Below, one piece after another: positions 14,269 through 28,089 of a stretch of 64,000 nt of DNA. Position numbers and translations under genes: made by a program. The stretch covers positions 15,500,001-15,564,000 of the forward strand of contig OX597832.1 of assembly GCA_951406725.2 (NCBI GenBank). Reading direction: 5' to 3'. The notes under the pieces were generated by a model, which was not told the DNA's origin, did not search any database, and saw nothing but the letters and a program-made list of their open reading frames with translations. This DNA comes from Octopus vulgaris (lineage: Eukaryota). Positions within the stretch are counted from its first letter, which is position 1; every line of letters starts with the position of its first letter.

Positions 14269-14652
14269 CGATAGAGCAGTTGTATACTGTCAAGTTAATG
14301 TGACAGTTTTATACAGGGAGTCGTACAACCGCTATTTAGCCCTAGGAAGCATCAACGCTCCATGTCGACTTTGACACATTTCCTCTGTCCTTATGTTTAC
14401 AAAGGGGAGACAAGCACCCCGCAACAGCTAGTCCTGTAAACAGACACGTGTTTCTGAGTCTTGCTCGTCATGAGTCTGGCGTAGCATAGTCAGAAGATAC
14501 CTGTTTAGGCTTTGTAAACATAATGACACAGGAAATGTATAAAAGACGACAGGAAGCGTTGATGTTTCCCAGGGCTAAATAGCAGTGGTGTAATTCCCTT
14601 CATGGAACTGTCACGTTAAATTGACAGTATACAACTGCTCTCTCCCTATCGG
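14269..14652. mobile_element. MITE-like element with about 130-bp imperfect terminal inverted repeats
   Basis: GAGCAGTTGTATACTGTCAA...TATGTTTACAAAG (14274-14404) is the inverse of CTTTGTAAACATA...TTGACAGTATACAACTGCTC (14510-14640). The right end CCCTATCGG is followed by TA. Confidence 0.8.
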
Positions 14653-14693
<41 letters not shown>

Positions 14694-14695
14694 CT

Positions 14696-14761
<66 letters not shown>

Positions 14762-14763
14762 TT

Positions 14764-14808
<45 letters not shown>

Positions 14809-14818
14809 CCGATAGGGA
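14643..14818. repeat. Palindromic compound microsatellite
   Basis: TCCCTATCGGTA-(TA)n-CTAA-(CT)n-(TA)n-(GA)n-GTTAG-(AT)n-TACCGATAGGGA. Confidence 0.9.
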
Positions 14819-15194
14819 TATATATTAATATACATATTTAATATGTAAGTAGGGACATATTGAATACTGTATCATCAACAACAAACTTAATTCCTAAGGT
14901 TTTGGAAGATATTCTTGCCAACGTCGCTGCAGCCACTGTCGTCGTTATCATCGTCATAATATTGATGCTGATCACATACTAATTTTTGTTTTGATGAATA
15001 TTTTTGATTACCTTCAGGAGCTTTGTGTCTGCTAACTTATTCTCATTATTTCGTTTCTTTTCAAGGGATGGTCAACGTTTTGAAAGGGATTTGCTGTTAT
15101 TTTAGGTTTGGTATCAGTCATGCGGTCAGCAACCTACCAAATGTAATTGGGCCTAGTACTACTACTGTTATTGCTAACACGTCTGTGGTGTTGG

Positions 15195-15420
15195 GAGTAG
15201 CAGTAATAGTAGTATTAGTATTAGTATTAGTAGTAGTAGTAGTGTGGTAGTGGTAGTAGTGTTGGTGAGGGTTGTAGTAGTAATAGTAAAGGTTGTAGTA
15301 GTAGATGTAATATTAGTAGTAGTAGTAGTTGTAGTAGTAGTGGTAGTAGTGGTAGTGGTAGTGGTAGTATTAGTAGTAGTAGTTGTAGTAATAATTTTGC
15401 TGTTACTGCTGCTGCTGCCG
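15195..15420. repeat. Degenerate (GTA)n microsatellite
   Basis: Read directly from the sequence. Confidence 0.9.
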
Positions 15421-17476
15421 CTCCCAATATTGTTCTCTTTTTTTTTGCTGCAGGGACACTAATATTTGTGAGAGGCATGCTATCGATTACTGCACATATA
15501 CTTTATTTATCGATCCGAAACTGATGGTATGCAAAGTTTGCCTCGGTGTTATTTGAACCAATATGCTAAAGGCCAATATGAAATGCCACTACTTTCTATA
15601 GCTGCTTACCATTGTAGCATGCTTACCATTGTAGGAGACCGGTGCCTTGAGTATATATCTGCGTTCTGATGTTCATAAAAGTCCAATGTGTTTATCTTCA
15701 TTTTTAACTATGTGTTTATTCATATAAGCCTTCGTGTGGCTGATGCATTCCTGGAAATTAAAGAAAATTATTGCAATTTAATATTTTAATTTTTACCTCC
15801 GCGTATAAAGAATAATGTGGCACTTAAAATATTTGAGATAATTCGAGAGTAACCATTTTCTCATTATAAAAGTACATATGGCAAATTATTGCAAAATTTA
15901 TAATATAAGAGAAAAGATCCACGATGTGTAAACGAGAGATTTTCTATGATAGTAATTAATATAAAAGGGTTTTCCGAAAAAATGGTTTTATTATTTGTTT
16001 ACTGATTTCCGAAGTATAAAGTTGTTTGAAAGTCATTTTTTTTTAATTGTGATGCATACAACAGACAATTCTTTCTAAGGAATTTCTATACACAATATAT
16101 CTTTTAAATTATGACATACCTATCCCATTTGCCTCAAGTCTGCTTCTTTATCACCTTTAAAAATCATTCCCCTATGCAGTTTTGAGAAGGATAGAACCAG
16201 CTGCATAGCAAACTCGTCCACCTCTATTATCTTCCATATCATATTTCTAAATCGATTATTTCTCTCTTACGTAATTTATGTAACGTGTTTCTATTTCCAA
16301 ATGCGTGGCGTGATTAGCGTTAGAAAATCAACGATAAAATATATTCACTACTAATGTCAAGTATTTCAAGTTCCATTGTTATATTCTGTTGCAGTGTAAT
16401 ATTTACTCAATAGAATGTACATGAAAGCAGAGGGATTTATTCAAGCACAAATCTGCTATTTATCAAGGTATCCATTGACATAATAGGATGATTAGCAGAT
16501 AAATCATATGATAAATGCAAAAGTATATGTTTCCATTTTTTTTTCTTTTTGCTATAGAAATATTTATCTTTAATATCTCATGCATTATTTCAGGAAAAGA
16601 AAATAGGAAAAAAACATTCAGGAAAAAACAAGCAGGAGGGAAAATAATGATTTTCTATGGAAATTCTTATTTCTTTTTTATGCAGTAAAATGAATTTTTT
16701 TTTCTACTGTGCAACAATACAAAAATAAATTTTCTTCTTCGTTTCGAAATATATTCCAAGAAACTGTAATCCAATCAAAAATATATGAAGAAAAATGAAA
16801 TCATAAAATAACTGTACTGTTTTAAAGTTTCATTTTGAAACTCAATCAGTTGGAGATATGTTATATTTTCTCCTTTGTAGATTCGACATTTTTTATGTTC
16901 ATTCTAAAGATTAAATTGATTGACATATGAGATAAATATTCCGAAATGTATATTTTTATTTCTTTCCATCTTTGAAGAGTTTTTTATAAAAATATAAATT
17001 TAGTTTTGTTCGATTCTGGAAAAAAAAGTTCTCAAACTTATCATTGCAACCTGTGACGTCTAACACATAATACGTAAATAATACAGAAAGTTATAATGCC
17101 TTTAATATTTACGAGAATAATAAATGTTTACTAGAAAGTCTAATACTAAACGTTGGATTGTGAGAGATGAAGAATTGGAATAAAATATTTCTAGGGCTTG
17201 TAAAGTAATCATTCCTGTGCAAAACACAGTGAAATGATTTCGAATGCATAGCGACATTTTACAGTTGTTTTACTATAATAGATCGTATAAAAACCGAATT
17301 TCACAAGTATTATGGTCAGATTACATGAACTGAATGAATATTAGGAAATTATATTTTGACGTTTTGGAGCCAAAAATGAGGAACTGCCATTCTACGTACG
17401 AAACATTATTCCCCTTCTATATAGCGTGGATCAACATATCTGATTATATCATATCAGAATTGAATGGACTGTATGG

Positions 17477-17737
17477 ATACAAAATTTGGAAGGCATACAG
17501 GATTCGCAAATCATGGCAGCCTAACACACTGACGTGTAGTCAGTGACACATGCGGATCTCCCCAAGCATTTTTTAACTTTCTAATTATTGAGCATCAAGC
17601 AATTTCTAAGGAAATGTTTTATGTGCGATCCTTTCCATTGGAAATACAGCTATAGATGATGTTCCAAGTACAAGTTAGTAAGTTCCGTCTTATGGTAGTT
17701 TCGTGACTTGCGTCATATTAGTAACACATGGTGTGAT

Positions 17738-17786
<49 letters not shown>

Positions 17787-18046
17787 AAATTTGGAAGCCA
17801 TACGGGATTCGCAAATCATGGCAGCCTAACACACTAACATGTAGTCAGTGACACATGCGGATCTCCCCAAGCATTTTTTAACTTTCTAATTATTGAGCAT
17901 CAAGCAATTTCTAAGGAAATGTTTTATGTGCGACCCTTTCCATTGGAAATACAGCTATAGATGATGTTCCAAGTACAAGTTAGTAAGTTCCGTCTTATGG
18001 TAGTTTCGTGACTTGCGTCATATTAGTAACACATGGTGTGATCAAT
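17477..18046. repeat. Direct tandem duplication of about 265 bp separated by (TA)n
   Basis: 17477-17741 versus 17782-18046, with about 5 substitutions seen. Confidence 0.9.
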
Positions 18047-18063
18047 ATATTTTATAAATATAT

Positions 18064-18102
<39 letters not shown>

Positions 18103-18117
18103 GCATATATATATATC

Positions 18118-18195
<78 letters not shown>

Positions 18196-18200
<5 letters not shown>

Positions 18201-18700
18201 TAAAAGGAGCAGACATATAACGAAAGCCATTACTCAGAGTTTAACGTTCCCGTTCGTCAGAGACTTTTGTTTTAGATGCAGAACGTACCGTAAAACTAAC
18301 AGCACATCCATGCTAAATGCAAATGTAGAGAAATTGACCAGTGGCGTTTAATATATATTTTTTATAACCTGCTCATATCTAGTCTTCATAGACACTGTAG
18401 TAATTATCATTTCAGAACTGGTTTGGAATGATCGGTGAGAGTGCTTTGATTTTTTTCATATTCTTTATCTATTTTCAGTACATGTCCGACTGAAGCCAGT
18501 TTAGATATTGCTCTTTCCGTATTGAAGAATGTAGCAAAACTCGTATTGCCTGGTATAGTTTTCTTACTCTCGTCGCAGCGCCACAGCGTCACAGCCCCGC
18601 CATCTTTATCAGAAAATTATCGTACGGTGCAAAACATTGGAAATATACTTCCGGGAAAGTATATTGACTTATTGATAAGATTGTCTTGTATTTCAAATGT
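18196..18700 (-). mobile_element. Probable 3' end remnant of a Penelope-like element with a mutated hammerhead
   Basis: Minus 18223-18267 reads CTGACGA-ACG-ggaa-CGT-TAAA(GAAA mutated)-CTCtGAG-TA. There is a weak IFP...LRRE*E GIY-YIG C-terminal-like trace upstream, and the element ends in (TA)n. Confidence 0.45.
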
Positions 18701-18859
18701 TTCGTTCATTGGGTTGCGGCTAAGATGGGGCAGTACTCGGATTGGTTTTAGTCGAACAAATAGAAAAAAGAGATTTTATTTTGTCTGGTTATTTTCCTAT
18801 CCGTGCTTATGTTTAACAGATAAATACTTCGGGATACGTAAGCAATCAAGCACCAGTTA

Positions 18860-20830
18860 TCAACCTGTGGTAGTGGCAGCTTCCAGTGTATATAGATCCA
18901 AACTCTGTCGTATATTCTTCTTTGCCAGAATTGGGCAGGAAGAGACAATATGATTTATTGATTCTTCTTAATCTTCACATATTATGCAGGCAGTAACCAG
19001 TATTTCATTTCATTGCACGTTTATGGTAATTTCTAGTGGGAATGCTTTGACATTTTACTGCACTCTCAGCTTTGAGTCCTGAGCTTCTCAGTCATTATTG
19101 GGATTGTGTTTTGTCTATTTCTCTTCTAGTTTTAGCTTAACCCGGGGCCATTGTTTTACCATGATCCGTTACTGTTCCAGTTTTAGTTTGGATTTCAGTT
19201 ATTGTACCCTTTTTTGTTAGCTACTATAACTTCCTTTTGTATTTGTCAGTCTTTTGTTTTGTTCGTCTTTTATGTTTATTTTATTAGATTTCTTTGCTCG
19301 TTAAGTAGGTATTTTTGTTGTCCTATCGTGCTTATTTTGTTATAGTGTTCTAGATTTATATAGTTCCTACCGCCTCCGATAATTTGCATGTATAATCTTT
19401 CTATGTCAGAATGTGGGTGGTGCTTCCTAAATCCTATCATTGTTTTCCTTATTTTCCTCTCTATTTTGATCAGCTCATTTTGACCCCAATTAAGAATAGT
19501 GTAGGTGTAAATTATAACTAGGACAGCTAGAGTGTTTGTATCTATTAACTTGTTATTTGCATTGAAATCTGTTTTCAGTATTAATCGAACTCGTCAAAGT
19601 GTTCTTTTCTTTTCTTCTCTTTCATTTATGTGCGTTGTATCGCATCTTGTTCATTGATACCTAAGTCTTTATATGTCTGCCTTTTGTTGAATTATCTTTT
19701 TTCGTTTGCTTTATCTAGTATGATTTAGCTAATCTTAATTAGTTTTCCTCCTTTCAAGTTGGCTTTAGCACATTTGATTGAACTAAATTCCGTACTGTCT
19801 GAAAAAAATGTATCAGCTATTTACCATTTGTAGCGTACAGTTTTAGATCATTCATATATGAGAGTGTCTGATTGTTTTGCCGTAACAGTTGCATCCACAT
19901 CCAGTTCTGTTTAGCAAGTGAGATAAGAGAGCCAGTGCCAAACAGAAAAGGATTGGAGAGAGTGTGCCTCCATGCAACATTCCTCTTCTATTAGGGATGA
20001 CTTTAGTTTTCGTGAGTCCCTCTTCCTCTGGAGATCTAGCACTGAATGCCATTTATTAATGGAATGTTTAATATATTTTATGATTCTTGGAGTTATCTCG
20101 TTCATGACTAGAGTTTCTAGGATTCATGTGTGGAGAATACTATCAACCGCCTTTCGGTAATGGTTCCAGGACATACTTAGACATTTCTTTTTCCTGCGCC
20201 TGTTTTCAGTTATGGATTTATTGATCAGTAGCTCATATTTACATCCGTCTGAGCACTTGCAGTTACCCCTCTGCTTTTCTGGGAACAGTTTCTTTTCTTC
20301 CAGTTGTTCGGTCATTTTCTGCAATATTATTAAGTAATGGTTCTGTAAGTTGCAGGAAGACACTTTATTGGTTTCTAATTTTTTTGTGTTTGTCGTTCAA
20401 GTGGATTTGGGAATTAAGACCATTTTCCCTTTGGTTAGCCATTCAGGTATAATCTCAGTCGGCTTTTTATATATTCCGCTTCAGTATGTTAACCAAACGT
20501 TGGGGATCTTGACGTGCCCGTGTGCTTTCAGTCGCATAGTTGATGAATTACCCGTATGATCTCTTCAGTTGTCACAGAGGTCCAGAGTTGTCCATGTGTT
20601 GTATTCATTGTTTTACTAGATCTTTTCTCGTGTCTTACCGTCATCGACCATATTTCTTTCCGAAGTCTTACTGCTTGTAAAACATTGTTCGCTATCTAAT
20701 TTGAGCCAAGTTCTTCGAAGAATCGTTTTGGGTTGGACATGAACCGTTTTTTTAAAAAGAAACGCTGGAATTTCTCATGCCGGGGGAATATTTGTGCTTT
20801 GGAGAGGATATTTTGCTTTAGCTGCACTTT
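18860..20830 (-). mobile_element. Degenerate R4/Dong-like LINE (RT to CCHC zinc knuckle)
   Basis: Fragments LFPEKQRG..CSDGCKYELLINKSI...LSMSW.HYRKAVDSI.H, RRGMLHGGTLSPILFCLAL..LS.LLN and HIVSSCPILAK..DRV..YIHWKL. The 5' side abuts a TAA-type repeat. Confidence 0.8.
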
Positions 20831-20834
20831 TTCA

Positions 20835-21060
<226 letters not shown>

Positions 21061-21323
21061 ATTCTATTCGAGCTTATGCTTTCCGAATTTGGTGCTAGAT
21101 ATTGACTTTGGGGTGGATGTGCTAGTTGAAGCTAACCATAAGTATTTGTACGTTGCTTCTGAGTCTTCCTAATGACAAGTTTATCCCTATGGAATTGTGC
21201 TCAGCTTCAGTTTTGCTAAATAGAACTGCAACACTCATTAATCAATCTGTCAGCGACTCATATTTATAGGATGCAGATTTTTGGCGTATTTTAAAAATCA
21301 TAATTGATCAGAAATACTACAAA

Positions 21324-21371
<48 letters not shown>

Positions 21372-21452
21372 ATATGTATGTCCGTACGTACAAATATAAT
21401 ATATATATATATATATACATTTATTCCCTAATATGACAATATATACGTATAT

Positions 21453-21488
<36 letters not shown>

Positions 21489-21555
21489 TATATACATATA
21501 TGTGTGTATACATACATGTATGTATATATGCACGTATGTATATACGTATATATTG

Positions 21556-21621
<66 letters not shown>

Positions 21622-21623
<2 letters not shown>

Positions 21624-22110
21624 AAATATTAGGGAATAAATCCAAACTTACAGGGAAAATCAGATTTAGGATTGAATCCAATTTTATAGTAAAATATTAT
21701 ATAATATTAAATTAGAGATACAACCACTATTAGGCAAATCATACAATGAAAAACTAAATCCAATACATAAGATTAATTGATTTATATTATTTTAAATATA
21801 TATCAAAATTATTAAAAAAAGATAATTAGTATAACACTACGATCGTTTCATGGCTGTCCAATTCGAGTTACAGTCATTGATTAAACCTCGCCAAGTTAAA
21901 TATTTCAATCACCTGAAGAATGACTGTAACTCGAATTTTTACGAATTGGAAAGCCATGAAACGATCGTAGTGTTATACTAATTATCTTTTCTTAATAATT
22001 TTGATATATATTTAAAATAATATAAATTAATTAATCTTATGTATTGGCTTAAGTTTTTCATTGTATGATTTGCCTAATAGTGGTTTTATCTCTAATTTAA
22101 TATTATATAT
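21622..22110. mobile_element. Inverted-arm hammerhead-bearing short element (family H1)
   Basis: Unique tail of about 75 bp, then arms at about 21698-21877 and 21920-22108, with TA flanks. The tail and outer arm are homologous to 49956-50252. Confidence 0.85.
21910..21972 (+). ncRNA. Type-I hammerhead ribozyme motif
   Basis: CAC-CTGAAGA-ATGACT...AGCCAT-GAAA-CGATCG-TA-GTG: stem I CAC/GTG, palindromic helix III, GUA cleavage triplet. Confidence 0.75.
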
Positions 22111-22117
22111 ATATATA

Positions 22118-22395
22118 TTTAAAAAAGGAGATGTGGAACACGAGTTGTGATATATAAAAAAGGAAATGAAGAAAATGCTGAAAAAAATAATTTAAGTAAT
22201 TTAAGTAATTTAATTAGGTTAAAGATCTTTTTACCGGTTGCGCATTTGTTATGCTTATCAAAAGTTTTTTCCTCTTATCAGATAAGAGGAAAAAACTTTT
22301 GATAAGCATAACAAATGCGCAACCGGTAAAAAGAACTGTCACCTAATTAAATTACTTAAATTACTTAAATTATTTTGTCAGCATTTTCTTCATTT

Positions 22396-22399
<4 letters not shown>
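22118..22399. mobile_element. Palindromic short element (family H2) with variant hammerhead-like motif
   Basis: A unique tail TTTAAAAAAGGAGATGTGGAACACGAG is followed by a palindrome centred near 22280. The motif TTGATAA-GCAT-aacaa-ATGC-GCAA-CCGG-TA occurs at 22299-22328 and on the opposite strand. Same family as 41437-41671. Confidence 0.8.
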
Positions 22400-22488
<89 letters not shown>

Positions 22489-24469
22489 TACATATAAATA
22501 TATAAACAAACATAAATATGTACCCACATATATCCCTGCATAGAATTCAAATAATACTCTGAAACATCACGCAGAATTTTATGTTATATATGTAATAAGT
22601 TCAAGGATGATGAAAGGCTGAATATTAATAGCTCCTAGTGATTTACATCGTTATAAGTGTGCACAGAAACTAAGTTTTTGTCATATATCTCTTTGCCATT
22701 TAACATTGAATAATACGTATTTTCCAAGATTTTTGTTATCTTACTTTCGTATGTTTTAATTGCTTCTGATGTTAAGTGATTGTGTTGAATACCTCTAGCA
22801 TTGTTATTTTTAATTATCCACGTGCGATATAATATATTTACATTATATATTGATCCAATTACAGAGGTGAAAACCAGATCTATTATAATTATATTTATAA
22901 AAGCATTTTTCTGCCAAATATTTACATAAGAACACATCTATGCAAATCCTCACACAACTGCATTAAAAAACTATATACTGAATATCTAGTACTTTATTAA
23001 ATGACTTGTCATTTTACAGTGAATTATATTAGTTACGTTTAATTACTCGGTTAAGTTACAATCCAGAGGGAGAAAATCTAATGCATTCAGTTCTCCCTCA
23101 CTAATCTGTTATTTGTGCTGAGTAGCATCTGATTGTTATTCTTTCTGAATTCCTGATAAAATACGTATTATAGTAAATAAGGATATATTTGGAAATGAAT
23201 CCACGATAATCATCGGATGGTAGTAACTATCTTTCGAAAGCAATTACTTAATAAATTTGTAACACAAGGTGAATATCTCGAGTGAAAAAATCATTAATTC
23301 CAGTAAAGATACTGATGTTTAGAAAGTACTAGATGATCTTGTAAAATCCGATGCCAATTCGAACGAAAAACTGTCAGAGTTTTAATATATTTCCATTTCT
23401 TAATTGAGCGAGTAAAATATTTCATAAATATTTTTATAGGTATTTCAAAAGGGTAAAATTTTGAGCTGTCAGAATGGTTATCACGCCAGGTAAAATGTAA
23501 AATGCTTAACGCCATATCATTCATCTTCGTGGTCGGATCCCAAGTTCCGCCGAGGTCGTTTTCGCATTCAACCTTTCAGGATCATCAATAAAAACGCGAT
23601 GAAATGGATTTGTCACGTCCCATAAAATTGCTGACCTCACACAAATTACCTGCTCGAGTATCGCATGATATTCATCACAGGGATTAAATGTTTCTTATAT
23701 GATACAAATTGTACTTAAACAGGGGTTCACATTTATGTTAATTTGGAGTATGTATCATTTATAGGGCGATATGACCCTATAATGTTATAAAGATATCAAG
23801 AATATGAAATGAAATACAACTGAAAGTAGCTGAATCTCCTAAAATATTTATTATCAGATTAATATATCAAACTCAGAATGAACAAGTAGTTCACCAGATA
23901 ACCAGCGTTTTCCGAGAGTCAACAACCTCTCCATGCATCCAATAATTCAATTACAATATCTGGGAACAAGGCATATTCGAAAAATAACGAAAGAATTGTA
24001 AACAACAAACTTCATTAGAGAAGGAAGAATTTAACTTCAGGATTTTCAAACCCATGCGTGCATTCACCTATATACACGCACTTATTCTCTCACACATAAC
24101 ATACAAACACCCACGCACATACACACAGAGAGGTGCGCACATAGACATGCATATGCATATACGCACATGTATGTATATCTGTCTGTATATACAAATATAG
24201 GTGTAGATATACATAATTAGGAATATGCATATAAACTCAACTGTTCATGTATTCGCATATGTATAGATAGAAAAATAACCTCTCTTGCAAAAGTGTTTTT
24301 CTGCATAAATGTAAGGCAACAACAGTGAGTTTCTCTTCCGGATAAACCTAGGTAGAAAGAATAACAGCAGATGAACATATTCTATACCTGTAAGCATTTG
24401 CAGTCGACAAACAATGAATTTGTAAGCAAATTCTTATAAATAAATGGGCGTTTGTATGTGTGTTTGTGA

Positions 24470-24536
<67 letters not shown>

Positions 24537-25173
24537 CACAGACATATATAAAGTGAGAGACAGATAGAGAGAAAAATATAGACATTTATCTATTTGTAGA
24601 TAGAGAGGTATATACAAGTATGTAGGGTTATATATATGCATGTATGAGGGTATGTGTGAGCAGGAGCGTGTGAATTATAAATTATATACCTCCACACTCA
24701 CATTTAAATAAATACATACATTTGCGTGTGTGTGTGTGTTTACAATATATGAAATGTAGCAGCATATTATATATTTACCATGCAGGAAAGCATACATTCC
24801 ACACATTAAATTTACTTTCAGATAATCACTATCGCATGTAGAAAGATACACTTGTGGAGCATTATGTAGATTAAATTATAATAAGTTAGTGTTATTAATT
24901 TGAATTATTTATATAAATCTCCAAACGAATTACGTCAAGTTGTGATGGCATCATTTGTAAGGATTTCAGAAAAATCTTATCAAGAATGATTATGACTTAA
25001 TGTATTATCTATAACTAATTGTAAATATTATCGATTGGACGTTTTTAAGGAAGACAATATTCAGCACAATGAATTTCTTAGTTATATGTGAAAGTACTGT
25101 GTTTTTATACATACTCTCACACACACAGGTATATGGATATACAAAACACACACACACACATACACACACACAC

Positions 25174-25275
<102 letters not shown>

Positions 25276-25949
25276 ACATACATATATCTGTATATGTATA
25301 TATATATACATTTATGCATATATGTGTATACTTATATATATGCATATTTTTATATGTTTCGGTACGTGAATATTCAAATGATGTCATATTTGTCAAATCA
25401 AATATCAGCCTTGTTTTTATTATTTATTTTTATTTTCCTTTAATATTTTCTTCCTTCTTTTGCTCTTTCATAAACCGCATTCTAATTTAAAGTTTTCAAT
25501 CCTAGCGCTCACTGACTACTCAAATATTTATAAAATAAATTTTCTACAACGTTTCATTGAAACATATCTATATTTTTTTTTGTAATATACTTTCGCTTTC
25601 ATCCATTTTCACTACCTCAAAATAGCTATGAAAACACGAGATAAAATTTACCCATACAAGTAAAAGGCGATCGACACACGCTGATCTCAATTTTAATTAC
25701 AAAGTATCATTCAAAGATTTTTTTGTCATATCAGAAGTTTAGAAATGGTGCACAAACTAAATCAGGTGACAATGTTTGTTCATGTATGTGAGCTAGCATA
25801 TTTCAATTCCTAACATAAGTTTGTTATTCTTCGAGTTATAGTAAATGTTTTATTGGTAGATACTTGCTTAAGCCACAATGTTAAGGCTCATCTCGCATAT
25901 TATAGGGTAATGATTACCTCAAAAGATTCATGCAAGTGAAGTTAGTAAA

Positions 25950-26218
25950 CCTCCAAGTGTCTAACACACGTGGACATGCCTACAAAGTCAGAAAACAGCA
26001 CAGCTCCCATGACTTTCGGAAACATTTTTTCACGCTCAGGGTTGCTGAAGCGTGGAATAAACTGCCTGCGTCAGTTGTTGACTGCCATGACACTGCATCC
26101 TTTAAGGCCCTCATGCTTTCCGAAATCCGCCGAAACTACACCTGATTATATATACACTGTAGATGAGTTGTAGTGCAACTGAACACTGTACACAATTATT
26201 ATTATTATTATTATTATT
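25950..26218 (+). mobile_element. 3' end of CR1-type LINE
   Basis: NTRGHAYKVRKQ...RKHFFTLRVAEAWNKLPASVV matches the CR1 ORF2 C-terminal motif. A short 3' UTR and an (ATT)n tail follow. Confidence 0.8.
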
Positions 26219-27569
26219 AAACTTTTTTTTTTATATTTATACCGCCGTCATTGAGATATTTCTTGTCCTATATATATTCTAAATATTTACTTTCATGTTC
26301 ACACGCAGACGCAGATACATAACCAGAAATGTGTGTGCTCAGTGGCTTTGTAGGTGTGTGATTAAACAAGTATATGCAAACACGGAGTTAATTTCTATTT
26401 GATATATGCAGCCTGTAGTACTACACTTTGCTATAGCTATAGATACATAAATTGCTGCATATGGCTGTAACACCAAGGACATACAACATCAGGAACTGAA
26501 TATCTTACTCTCAAAGTTTTGCCAACACCCAACATGAGAAGTAAATATGTTATATTTTCATTTTTCCTGTTTTAGTAGTTTCAAATTTACATTAGTAACT
26601 ACATGTCGACTAGAGACATCTGAACGAATGATGGACGCTTGATTGATTGATGATGCAAATTGTACATGTTTTAAACATACATTCTAGTTTTTAAGTAATT
26701 AATTTATAGCATCAATATTTCAGAATATAAAAAAGGACACATAATTATAAAGCAATAATTTTCAAATTGGTTCTTAGTTATATTTACAACGAATATTTCT
26801 ATCTTAAGATATTCATTGATAAAATGACGTTGATAAATGCATTATGTAAAATCTTAATTTAACCTGTCCTAAAGTTCAGAAGAATATGACGCCATATTTC
26901 CAAAGAATATATCGTACTTTATAAGAAAATAATTTTACAATATGAACCATATTTGACAAAAAAAATATATCATAACTGAATCTGACTTGCTTTCTAGAAA
27001 CGATACATCAATTCCATAAAAAATCAATTTCAAAATTGTCGTTTCCAAATTACGCCGAATATAGATATAATAGAATATATATTCACTAAGCAAACCATCA
27101 TTTTAAAATACATCTGGTATAAATATTATTCCCTGTAGCATTAAAAAAAATATGAAATGCCTATATATACACTGAACGTTATCGGAAACAACGATATTGT
27201 TTCAAATACGTATAAGGAGAGCGCATGGGGACAACACACTCATTGAGTAAATTAGTGTTTTGATTTGACATATGATAAACGATTCAATGTGAGATATTTG
27301 CTTAATCCACAATGACAATTTTTCAAGGTATTTTTATTGCGTCGTTCAGAGAGGCTATACGGAAAGAGACTTTCTCAAGTACGGTATTACCTCATTTACA
27401 CGAAATTTGAGAAATGTTTGACGCTGGATATAGCTGGGGATTCAGCGAGATTTATTTTCATAGCTTGATCATATTCGCTTTGCTTTGAGTCGCGTTTTAT
27501 TTAAACCCTACATACGCGATTAATCATGTGGAATGATAAATCATTATAACTTGGTGTCATTTATTGTAA

Positions 27570-27675
27570 CCATTCAACCGATACAATTAGTGCTAAGCTT
27601 ACAAAGAATAAATCGTGGGGTCGATTTGATAGTGTTGCATGGTCGCAGTCAAATGATTGAAACAAGTAAAAGAAT
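27570..27675 (+). mobile_element. 3' fragment of SINE family B
   Basis: GCTTACAAAGAATAA..GGGGTCGATTTG...GCAGTCAAATGATTGAAACAAGTAAAAGA matches the 3' end of 45868-46290. Confidence 0.65.
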
Positions 27676-28089
27676 ATTTCCTATTAAAATCTTCGATATA
27701 ATTACGCATTGATATACGTGGGCATATCAAGCATTATGCGTCAATCAACACACCTATACATATGTATATGCATGTATATTAATGTGTAGATATATTTATC
27801 TATGCATCATGTATACATGAATAAATACACACACACACACACACAAATAATATAATCACTCAAACTAATATTATGAGAAAAAAATTCCATACAGGAAGTG
27901 TGTTTTCCCACCTCGCATGCCTATGACGAGCATACAACTGCATGACGCGACGCATGTTCTGAAATTAACAATATAACATAACCAAGATTTATACGTCGAA
28001 AATACGTGCTTCAATATTTATAGTCTTTATATTTCAGCAGCATTTGAACTTACAACTTACAGTCGCCTGGCCTATGCAAATATATATAC

